Assembly (NCBI GenBank): GCA_030390025.1
Contig: CM059431.1
Coordinates: 146,074,001 to 146,138,000, forward strand
Direction: 5' to 3'
DNA: 64,000 nucleotides
DNA from: Squalus acanthias
Lineage: Eukaryota
Below are positions 37,382 to 47,868 of the stretch, one piece after another. The notes under the pieces were generated by a model. The model worked only from the letters and a program-made list of their open reading frames with translations, made no database searches and was not told the DNA's origin. Both the position numbers and the translations under genes were made by a program. Within the stretch, counting starts at the first letter, position 1. The number at the start of each line of letters is the position of its first letter.

Positions 37382-37962
37382 GACCGGAATTCTCAGCTTA
37401 GAGACGGGGCGGGTGCGTGCGGGCCACGTGGAGGGACGCCGTCACGGAGTTGTCAACGGCGCGTTCTGCACTGCGCGATTAACTGAATTACATCAATTGA
37501 AACAGCCATGCGGGTTTCCCGGCCAATTCAATGGAGCAGGTCGGATGACGTCACCGATGGCTGGCTTTCAGCTCAGGGATTTAAAAGGAGCCTTGCACGC
37601 ATCACAGTTGAAGGTTTTTGGAGGGGAGGCTCACAGGGGGTTGGCCGAGGTGCCAGTTCCGATCTATCCAAGGGGGAAAAGTTGCCTTGATTTGCGCCTC
37701 TCGTTAGCGCCCCCAGTGATCTCGCAGGGCCCCGGTGCACGCACTTTAATCAGCGGAGGAGGCCTGCAATGATGCGGCGCTACGTGACACCGCACGTGGC
37801 GCTGTTGCCGTGGTATTCAGTTGTAGCGCCCCATGAAGGAACGGGAGCAATTCCAGTAGCGCCCTGCCTCCCGCTTGGGGCGCTACAGCTGAATTTCAGG
37901 CGGAGGGGCGTTAATTTTTTCGGGGCGCTACCCCGAAGACTTTTGTGAGGGTACAAGGAAGG

Positions 37963-38682
37963 ATGGAGTCCCAGCGCCAGAAGGCTGTACCCAGGTTCTC
38001 GCACGCCTCCCTGGAAGTCCTAGTCCAGGGAGTCAGAGCCACGGAGGGAGGTCCTGTTCCCTGGTAGCGGCCAGTGAAGCCAAGAGGGCAGGGCTGGAGA
38101 GCCCACAAGGCGCGAGCAGCAGGGTTGTTGTCGGCCGCTCCTGGATCCAGCGCCGCAAGAACTTTAATGAGCTGCTGAGGTCAGGAAAGGTGCGTGTAAT
38201 GCCTCACTCGCACTGCATCCTGATGTGCCTGTCACCCCCAACCCCATCACTCCACCTTCCCCAGCCTACTCCTGCACCTCACTCCTCACACCAACCTACC
38301 TTGCAGGTGCACCCTTCCCTCACTGCCTATGCCTCCATTCACATCCCCATCTGACTATCCCTCACTGACACTTGCCCTCCGCCGAATGCAATCCTAGAAA
38401 GTGACGCCACAGAAGGAGGCCATGTGGCAATGTCACGCCGCTCCCTCGCAGTCGCCCTCTACAGATGTCGCCCATCCATCCACAACACTCATTCCATCAC
38501 TCTCCCTCAAAGTCCTCTCCTTGCTGGAGAAGAGCGCGCAGAACAGGAGAGAAAGAGAAAGAATCGGAGGTGGCCCTCCGATATACACTAATCTGACACC
38601 AACAGAGAAGGAGGCGCTCGAAATAAATGGAGTGGCAGAGCTGCTGGCGGTGGGAGATAGAGAGAGAGGGACCTCCCAGTAA
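37963..38682 (+). pseudogene. Harbinger Myb/SANT-like DNA-binding protein (frameshifted, spliced)
   Basis: MESQRQKAVPRFSHASLEVLVQGV..(frameshift) REVLFP...RSWIQRRKNFNELLRSGK|gt, then EKSAQNRRERERIGGGPP. Confidence 0.7.
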
Positions 38683-39162
38683 CCTGGTGACAGAATTAAA
38701 TATCCCACATGGCATACAACAGTCACTCATGGTGACTGATGTCATCAGCCAGTGAAATATCATCGTGTGCATAATGGTAACGTTACACATTCTTATCATA
38801 AGAGGTCTAATTCATGTCTTTACTCTCACATCAATTGCCTCCCCCCTCACTGTCCAGCCGGAGGAGGAAGACGACTCATCAGAGGAAGCTCTACTCTCTG
38901 AGGGTGCACCATCAGCAGACCCATGCGCACCCAGCACCAGCGCAGATACGCACACCTGGGTGGGTCCTGCGAGACACAGAGTAGTGTTGTCACCTGGTGT
39001 CTCGCACGTCACGAGTGAGCAGGAGCAGATGCTGGAGACAGGGACAGCAGTTGAGACTCCTCAGCGGAGGGCACAGGACGCTCCCAGCTCCCCTCGGGGA
39101 CCGTCAACAAAGCGGTTGATCTTGGAGGGGCAGCAACAAATGCGCCAGTCAAACAAGAACAT

Positions 39163-39628
39163 GCTGTGGCTCAGTGGGTAGCAGACTCGCCTCTGAGTCG
39201 GAAGGTTGTGGGTTCGAGTCCCACTCCAGGAACCTGAGCACATGAAGCTAGGCTGACACTCCAGTGCAATGCTGCAGGAGTGCTGCACTGTCGGAGGTAC
39301 CGTCTTTCGGATGAGACGTTAAACCTAGGCCCCTCCCCTGCTCTCTCGGGTGGATGAAAAAGAACGCACAGCACTATTTCGAAGAAGAGCAGGGGAGTTC
39401 TCCCTGGTGTCCTGGGGCCAATATTTATCCCTCAACCAAAATCACTAAAAGCAGATTATCTGGTCATTTATCACATTGCTGTTTGTGGCAGCTTGCTGTG
39501 CACAAATTGGCTGCCGCGTTGCCTAGATTACAACAGTGATGTACACTTCAAAAGTACTTCATTGGCTGTGAAGTGCTTTGAGACGTCCGGTGGTCATTAA
39601 AGGTGCTATATAAATGCAAGTCTTTCTA
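39163..39628 (+). mobile_element. tRNA-headed Deu-domain SINE (SacSINE1-like)
   Basis: A box TGGCTCAGTGG, B box GGTTCGAGTCC, Deu core GGAGGT.CCGTCTTTCGGATGAGACG, tail aaggtgctatataaatgcaag. Confidence 0.8.
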
Positions 39629-40189
39629 TGCTTGCTGTGAACAACAGATTGCAGACTCTTATTGACCTCATCTCGAGAAGGTAAAGCAAAGCAGACCTGG
39701 GCGTTCACTCACCCCACTGATGTGCAGCAAGGTGCTCTCCAGCTCCTTGCTAGCAGAGAAGTGCGGGTGGCCCATGAGAGGGATGATGGTGAGAGGGGAC
39801 ACGGAAGTGGTGGCTCCTCTCAAAGCCTCCCCCCTCAGTCAGAGCCCCACTTGTTGCCTCGGATCCTGACGGCCGAGTTTGCCCCCTGCACAGCCGCAGG
39901 AGGAGCAGTCTTTGGCGGGGCCCTCACAGGCTCCAAAACCCAGAGGACGTCCGCCAAAAGTGTCAAAGCAGTCGCAGCAGGGAAGTGAGCAGCCTGCATC
40001 TACCTCTGCTGAAGCAAGTAGGGGTTGCACCTCGTAGAAGCACGCGGAAACGAAAAAAGACATAATCGTAGATGCACATGGGTGTTTGCCAAAATGTTAG
40101 TGTTAAGTTTCAGTTCTATTTACGACGCACATTAATTTATTTCTTTGCACCACTTCCCCCCTCTTGTCCATTTTCGCCTGCTACCTGGG

Positions 40190-42090
40190 AAGTCATAACA
40201 GCACAGAAGGAGGCCATTCGGCCCATCGAGTCCATGCCGGCTCTCTGTAGAGCAATCCAGTCAGTCCCATTCCCCCGCTCTATCCCCGTAGCCCAGCAAG
40301 TTTATTTCCCTCAAGTGCCCATCCAGTCTCCCCTTGAAAACATCGAGTGTCTCCGCTTCCACCACTTCCATCAGCAGCGAGTTCCAGGTAATAGAAACAT
40401 AGAAGATAGGAGTAGTAGTAGGCCATTCGGCCCCTCGAGCCTGCTCCGCCATTCGATGAGATCATGGCTGATCATCTAAACTCAGTACCCTGTACCTGCC
40501 TTCTCCCCATATCCCTTGATACCTTTAGCTTTAAGAAATATATCTAACTCAACCTTGAATATATTTAATGACTTCGCCTCAACTACCTTCTGTGGTAGAG
40601 AATTCCACAGGTTCACCACTCTCTGGGTGAAGAAATTCTTCCTCATTTCTGTCCTAAATGGTTTACCCGTTATCCGTAGATTATGACCCCTGGTTTTGGA
40701 CTCTCCGACCATCGGGAACATTCTTCCTACATCTAGTTTGTCCAGACCTGTCAGAATTTTATATGTTTCGATGAGATCCCCTCTCATTGTTCTATACTCC
40801 AGTGAGTATAAGCTCAATCGACCCAATCTCTCCTCATATGTCATTCCTGCCATCCCAGGTATCAGCCTTGTGAATCTTCGCTGAACTCCTTCCATAGCAA
40901 GAACATCCTTCCTCAGATAAGGCGACCAAAACTGCACACAGTACTCAAGGTGTGGTCTCACCAAGGCCCTGTACAACTGCAGCAGGACATCCCTGTTCCT
41001 ATACTCAAACCCTTTCGCTATGAAGGCCAACATACCATTTGCCTTCTTCACCGCCTGCTGCACCTGCATGCTTACTTTCAGCGACTGGTGCACAAGGACA
41101 CCCAGGTCTCGTTGCACTTCCCCTTCTCCCAATCTATTGCCATTCAGATAATAATCTGCCTTTCTGTTTTTGACACCAAAGTGGATAACCTCGCACTTAT
41201 CCACGTTATACTGCATCTGCCACGCTTCTGCCCACTCACCCAACCTGTCCAGATCATCCTGGAGTTTCTCGGTATCCTCCTCGCAGCACACACTCCCACC
41301 CAGCTTTGTGTCATCTGCAAACTTGGAGATATTACATTTAATTCCCTTATCTAGATCATTAATGTATATTGTGAATAGGTCCTCACCACTCGCTGCGTAA
41401 AAAAGTTTATCCTCACATCCCCCCCTGTATCTCTTGCCCAAAACCTTAAATCTGTGTCCACTAGTCCTTGTACCATCAACTAGAGGGAACAGCCTTTCCC
41501 CCCCCGCCGTCTAGCCTATCCAAACCCGTCATAATCTTGTAGACCTCTATCAAATCACCCCTCAACCTCCTTTGCTCTAATGAAAACAAATCCAGCTTCT
41601 CCAACCTGTCCTTGTAGCTAAGATCCCCCATCCCCGGATCCATTCTGGTAAATTTCCTCTGTACCCTCTCAAGGGCCTTCACATCCTTCCTAAAGTGTGG
41701 TGACCAGAACTGGACGCAATACTCCAGTTGTGGCCTAACCAGTGCTTTATAAAGGTTCAGCATAACTTTTGTACTCAATACCTCTATTTATGAAAATGAG
41801 AAGTCGCACAACACCAGGTTATAGTCCAACAGATTTATTTAAAATTACAAGCTTTCGGAGCTGTTGCCCCTTCCTCAGGTAGAGTTACTGTAACTCTACC
41901 TGAGGAAGGGGCGACAGCTCCAAAAGCTTGTAATTTTAAATAAATCTGTTGGACTATAACCTGGTGTTGTGCGACTTCTCATTTTTGTCCACCCCAGTCC
42001 AACGCCGGCATCTCCACATCATGACCTCTATTTATGAAGCCCAAGATCCCATATGCTTTGCTCACCACTCTCTCAATATGTCCTGCCACC
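40190..42090 (-). mobile_element. Nested CR1 LINE fragments
   Basis: 319-aa RT-containing ORF 40482-41441 inside an older CR1. Confidence 0.9.
41795..42023. mobile_element. Short palindromic Penelope-like insert in CR1
   Basis: Same family as 2633 and 21068; TSD ACCTCTATTTATGAA at 41780-41794 and 42024-42038. Confidence 0.8.
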
Positions 42091-42269
42091 TTGTCACTTG
42101 GAGTGAATGGTGAGACATTATTTAACCTTGAGCAATGAATGGGGGTTTGGTTGACAGGAATGGCTTTGTCACTGTAGGCCTGCTTTGTGGTGTTGCTGGT
42201 GGCTGGCAGTGGATGTGGTGGGGGGAGTTGGTACAGCATCTGAGTGCCAGATGGGTGCACTGGTGCATC

Positions 42270-44060
42270 TTAACTAAGTTGGACCATTATGAGGCCATAC
42301 CGGGCCTCCCGGGCAGCAATATGCGCCACTGCTGGTGCCATCTCCACCTCAGGGGTCCCCTCCTCTGAAGAGGCTGTGCGCTCTGCGCCTTGCTCCTCCT
42401 GCAGCTCCAATCCTTGCTGCTGCTGTGCTATGTTGTGCAGTGCGCAGCATACGACGGTGATTCTGGAGACCCTGGCTGGTGCATACTGAAGGGCTCCTCC
42501 AGATCTATCAAGGCATCTGAAGCGCATCTTCAGCATGCTGATTGCTTGCTCTATGACACATCTGGTCGACATGTGGCTTTCACTATAGCACTCCTCGGCC
42601 TCATTGCTTGGCTTCATCAAGTTTGTCATCAGCCACGTCTTCAGTGGATAGCCCTTGTCTCCAAGCAGCCAGCCGGTAAGTCTGTTTGGAGGTGTGACGA
42701 GCTGAGGGAGGGTGGACAGGTGCAGGACGAAAGAATCATGACAGCTGCCAGGGAATTTGGCGCACACATGCATGATGATCTTTTTATGGTTGCAGACGAG
42801 CTGCACATTGAGGGAGTGGAAGCCCTTGCGGTTCACGAACACTCCTGGGTGATGCGGGGGTGCCCTGATGGCCACATATGTGCAGTCGATGACGCCCTGC
42901 ACCTGTGTTAAGCCAGCCAGAGTGGCAAAGCCGAGCGCCCGCTCAGTCACACTGGCTTCATCAGTGGCAAAGCTTACATAAGTGGCTGACCTGTGAAACA
43001 TGGCATCGGTCACCTGGGTGATGCATCTGTGGGCGGCCGACGGCGAGATCCCGCAAATGTCTGTTGCAGATCCCTGGAAGGGGCTTGAGGCGAAGAAGTT
43101 GAGGGCAGTGGAGAGCACACAATGAATGATAGGATCCTAGGAAGGACAGAGGATCAGATGGACCTTGGCGTGCATGTACATAGATCCCTGAAGGCAGCAG
43201 GACAGGTAGATAAGGTGGTTAAAAAGGCTTTTGGGATACTTGCCTTCATTAGCTGAGGCATAGAATATAAGAACAGGGAGGTTATGATGGAGCTGTACAA
43301 AACGTTAGTTAGGCCACAGCTGGAATACTGTGTGCAGTTCTGGTCGCCGCACTATAGGAAGGATGTGATTGCACTGGAGAGGGTGCAGAGGAGATTCACC
43401 AGGATGTAACTTGGGCTGGAGCGCTTCAGCTATGAAGAGAGACTGGACAGGCTGGGGCTGTTTTCCTTAGAGCAGAGAAGGCTGAGGGGGGACCTGATTG
43501 AGGTGTACAAAATTATGAGGGGCATCGATAGGATAGATAGAAAGGAACATTTCCCCTTAGTAGACGGCTCAATAACCAGGGGGCATAGTTTCAAGGTAAG
43601 GGGCAGGAGGTTTAGAGGGGATTTGAGGAAAACCTTTTTCACCCAGAGGGTGGTTGGAATCTGGAACTCACTGCCTGAAAGGGTGGTAGAGGCAGGAACC
43701 CTCACAAAATTCAAGAAGCATTTAGATGAGCACTTGAAATGCCATAGTATACAAGGCTACGGACCAAGTGCTGGAAAATGGGATTAGAATAGACAGGGCT
43801 TGATGGCCGGCGTGGACACGATGGGCCGAAGGGCCTGTTTCTGTGCTGTATAACTCTATGACTCTATGGTGACTTTGACAGCCACTGGTAAGGCGTGTCC
43901 ACCAGGTCCTCTGGGCCGCAGGAGTTCTTCCAGCAAGCTGCTAATGCCTGCCGCGACCTGGCATGATAGCCTGAGCCTCCGGAAGCGATGCTGCTCAGTC
44001 ATGTTGAGGAAGCTCATCCTCTGCCTGTGTACCCTGTGTTGGGGGGGGGGGGGTATCGCC
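42270..44060 (-). pseudogene. Harbinger DDE transposase (HARBI1-like), interrupted by CR1 at ~43120-43866
   Basis: Motifs [40 protein letters not shown] and [20 protein letters not shown]. The N-terminus (RRLRLS...[11 protein letters not shown]) lies beyond the CR1 insertion. Confidence 0.88.
43120..43866 (+). mobile_element. CR1 LINE 3' fragment in the Harbinger transposase
   Basis: Same subfamily as 18910-20470. Confidence 0.9.
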
Positions 44061-44154
44061 TCCGGCGCGGTGCAGCCCTGTGCTGATCCCCCTGTCTGAA
44101 TCCCACACGCAAGCAGCTAAAGATGAAACCGTACGTTAAAAAGGCTCTCTAAGT

Positions 44155-44625
44155 GTCAGCTGTGGCTCAGTGGGTAGCACGCTCGCCTCTGAGTCAGAAG
44201 GTTGTGGGTTCGTAGTCCCACTCCAGAGGACCTGAGCATACAAAGCTAGGCTGACACTGCAGTGCAGTGCTGAGGGAGCGCCGCACTGTCGGAGGTGCCG
44301 TCTTTCGGATGAGATGTTAAACTGAGGCCCCATCTGCTTTCTCAGGTGGACGTAAAAGATCCCACGGCCACTATTTCGAAGAAGTGCAGGTAGAGTTATC
44401 CCCGGCGTCTCGGCCAATATTTATCCCTCAACCAACGTCACAAAAACAGATTATCTGGTCATTTATCACGTTGCTGTTTGTGGGAGCTTGCTGTGCGCAA
44501 ATTGGCTGCCGCGTTTCCCACATTACAACAGTGACCCCACTTCCAAAGTACTTCATTGGTTGTAAAGCGCTTTGAGACGTCCGGTGGTTGTGAAGGGCGC
44601 TATAGAAATGCAAGTCTTCTTCTTC
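44155..44625 (+). mobile_element. Deu-domain SINE, full-length copy
   Basis: Homologous to 39163-39628. Partial copies occur at ~6750-6995, 9530-9735, 45240-45390(-) and 49640-49900(-). Confidence 0.8.
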
Positions 44626-45819
44626 GTAAGGACCTCTCAACGAGCAGTTAAGAACATCAATAAGGTCACCCGCCTCTCCCTCCCGCGGGCCGGGAGCGCG
44701 CTTGGAAACGCGGAAGTTGGCGGGATGACCGCGGGTTCCTGACTCGCGGTCAATTTCAGCGCTTTTAACCGCCGACCCGCTCCCAAACCCGCACGGCTCT
44801 GCAACGTGAGAATTCCGGCCAGTGTTCAGGGACGGTCCCTAACTTTGCGCCGGGTAAAGGGGAGCGGAGTGTCTGTGGGTTAGGGACGATCGCCCAGAGG
44901 ACAACCTCTAGTCGCGGGTGTCTGACTGCCCTGCACACACACACAAACACCAGGAGGCTGAAGCAGGAATTCCCCTCTCCCCCTCTCAGAGAGAGAGAGA
45001 GAGACGAGCCATTTCAATCCCACTTCACCTCCGACGGGGAACGAGCGCTTGGTCACCTGACACAGGAGAGGATTCCGCTGACTGTGTGACTGATGTTCAG
45101 CACAGGCCGAGGCCACTCGTTGCTTCACCAAATCCCACAGCGGGACAAAAAAAAACGCCCCAAGAAACGTAAACAGCCATTTCTGAAGGGGAACGATCTC
45201 CCGGTTCTCCAGCGCCTTTCGCCACATCGGGACAAGCCAGTGCGCTTCACAGCCAATGAAGTACTTTCTTGAAGGAAAGGCGACAGCCAAATTGCGCACA
45301 GCAAGCTCCCACAAGCAGCGCTGTGATCAATGACCAGATAATCTGAATTTTCAGCAATGTTGGTTGAGGGAACAATATTGGCCCCAGGACAAACTGGGAG
45401 AACATAAGAACGTAAGAAGTAGGAGCAGGAGTAGGCCATACGACCCTTCGGGCCTGCTCCGCCATTCAATAGGATCATGGCTGATCTGAACCTAGACTCA
45501 CGTCCACTTCCCTGCCCACTCCCCATAACCCTTCATTCCCTTATCAGCTAGGAAACTGTCTATCTCCGTTTAAAATTTATTTAACGTTGCAGCTTCCACA
45601 GCTCTCTGAGGTAGCAAATTCCTGAGAACTGCTCTTCTTCGAAATAGTGGCCGTGGGATCTCTTGGCCGAGAAATTAGTCTGGGGCCATGGCCCAAAGCG
45701 GGCGGTATGGGACCAGCGCCTGCTATTCAGTTCCATGGACTGCAATTTGATAATGTTCGATTATAACCGTGTGGCTATCCAGATGCCATTCTCCTGGAAT
45801 GTGTTGAACCAGGACTATC

Positions 45820-46087
45820 CGAGCATTTGCTGACTCTCTCTGTCTCTCGTTCGCTGCTGCCTTTCTCTCTCTCCCTCTGTCCAATCGCACACTCTCATTA
45901 CCTGATGACTCGCTCATTTCAGTCTCTTGCTCTGTCGATTCTGCACTTCCCCTTGTTTGCTGCTAATCCCGCAGGCTCTCTCCGCTCCGAGCCAGTGAAT
46001 AAAAGGCAAGTGGCTGATTGTTCCACAAACTGAGTTCGCCCAACGGCACACACCAGGACACTGAGAACCTGCAGCACGAGATCTGGT
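45820..46087 (+). promoter_or_regulatory. Candidate beta-B crystallin promoter and non-coding exon 1
   Basis: AT-flanked Maf half-site ATTTGCTGACTC at 45825-45836, TATA-like AATAAAA at 45998-46004, and possible donor CTG|gtaact at 46085/46086. This is a unique-sequence island between repeats, upstream of the first coding exon. Confidence 0.5.
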
Positions 46088-46225
46088 AACTGTTCAAGCT
46101 CCTCCGTTCTTCTTGTGAAACAACAGGTTTAGGTGCTGTGCCCACCTCAGAGGGCCAACCGATCACTCAGGGCTCCTCCTGCAGTCTGGGGCGGGTAAAC
46201 GGACTGTCGGTGTGGGATTGACCCC

Positions 46226-46422
46226 CACTCACAGAGCAGGCAAGGCCCAGGCTCCAGCTCCGGCCTGTGCCCCACTCACAGAGCAGGCAAGACCCAGGCT
46301 CTACCTCCGGCCTGTGCCTCACACACAGAGCAGGAAAGGCCCAGGCTCCATCTCCGGCCTGTGCCTCACACACAGAGCAGGAAAGGCCCAGGCTCCATCC
46401 CAGTCTGTGCTGAGTGAGCCGA
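46226..46422. repeat. Same ~47-bp minisatellite, inverted (beta-B intron 1)
   Basis: About 4 units, reverse complement of the 32730 array. Confidence 0.85.
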
Positions 46423-46691
46423 TCTTGACTGTGGAAGGAAGTGAGTGGTTGGGGGGTGGGGGGGGGGGTGCGGGGGGATCGGTGGGTAAAATCAGCCAGG
46501 ATTCTTTTCAAGTTCACTATCCAGTGACTTACTTGAATGGGCATTGCAGTAAGAGAGGAGGGGCGGAGGAGGGGAGGATAGGAAGGGAGATGGGGAGGAG
46601 GAGGAGGATAGGAGAGGAGGAGGGGAGGAGGGAGGAACAGTCAATCCATTGAAAGGGTTATGTGTGACAGTGATGACTATTGCGGTAGGAG

Positions 46692-47596
46692 GGTAGATAC
46701 AAAGCTAGGTGGGACAGTAAGCTGTGAGGAGGACACAAAGAGCCTGCAAAGAGAAAAAGACAGATTAAGTGAGTGGGCAAGAAGGTGGCAGATGGACTAT
46801 AATGTGGGGAAATGTGAGGTTATTCACTTCGGTAGGAAGAATAGAAAATCAGAATATGTTTTAAATGGGGAGAAATGTTGGTGCTCAAAGGGATCCGGGG
46901 GTCCTTGTACACAAAACACAAATAGCTAGCAAGTAGGTACAGCAAGCAATTAGGAAGGCAAATTGTATGTTGGCCTTTATTGCAAGGGGGTTGGAGTATA
47001 ACAGTAAGGAATTCTAGTTAAAATTGTACAGGCCTCTGGTGAGACCACACCTGGAGTACTGTGCACAGTTTTGGTCTCCTTATCTAAGGAAGGATATACT
47101 TGTCTTGGAGGCGGTGCAACGAAGGTTCACTCGATTGATCCCTGGGATGAGGGGGTTTGTCCTATGAGGAGAAATAGAGTAGATTAGGCCTCTACTCTCT
47201 GGAGTTTAGAAGAATGAGAGGTGATCTCGTTGAAAAGTATAACATTCTTAGAGGGCTTGACAGGGTAGATACAGGGAGGATGTTTCCCCTGGCTGGGGAG
47301 TCTAGAACCAGGGGTCACAGTCTCAGAATAAGGGGTTGGCCATTCAGGACCGAGATGGGGAGAAATTTCTTCTCTCAAAGGGTCGTGAATTTGTGGAGAT
47401 CTCTACCCTAAGGGGCTGAATCGTTGAGTATTTTCAAGGCTGAGATTGATAGATTTTTGGACTCTATAGGGGAATCAAGGGATATGGAGATCGGGCAGGA
47501 AAGTAGATTTGAGGTAGAAGATCAGCCATGATCTTATTGAATGGCGGAGCAGGCTCGAGGGGCCGTATGGCCTACTCCTGCTCCTAATTCTTATGT
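46692..47596 (+). mobile_element. CR1 LINE 3' fragment in beta-B intron 1
   Basis: DTKLGG...KCEVIHFG...NFFSQRVVNLW. Confidence 0.9.
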
Positions 47597-47790
47597 TCTC
47601 ACTGAGAGAAGACTGTGAGGATTCACTGACACTGCTGAGGTGTGAAGGCGCCATTCAGAGCAACCAGATTCAGATAAAGACACAGCGGTGGGGGAGTTGG
47701 TGAGGAATGAAGTGGGGGGGAAAAGAGGGAAATTATTAAACAGCACCGATAATCCAAACCTTATTCTTCTCTCAGGTACCGCACACAATC

Positions 47791-47868
47791 ATGGCTGACA
47801 CAGAGAGCAAGACTGACGGGAAGTCCACTCCGGTGAAACCCAGCCAGGCTGAAACGCTGGCTTACAAG
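47791..47868 (+). CDS. crybb1l1: beta-B crystallin first coding exon (exon starts 47776)
   Basis: Acceptor ttctctcag|, Kozak-like aatcATGG, donor AAG|gtgagt. Confidence 0.85.

Larger units (their letters stand above)
37382..44820. mobile_element. PIF/Harbinger DNA transposon (decayed, with nested CR1, SINE and Penelope insertions)
   Basis: TIRs GACCGGAATTCTCA / TGAGAATTCCGGCC flanked by AGT on both sides; contains convergent Myb/SANT-like (+) and DDE transposase (-) genes. Confidence 0.8.

Noticed and set aside
39163..39230. tRNA gene (also 44160 and 35410-35470)
   Set aside because: The A/B boxes run directly into SINE bodies, so these are SINE heads.
42270..43118. Domesticated host HARBI1 gene
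   Set aside because: It lies within TIRs, is paired with a decayed Myb gene and is disrupted by a CR1 insertion, so it is a transposon copy.
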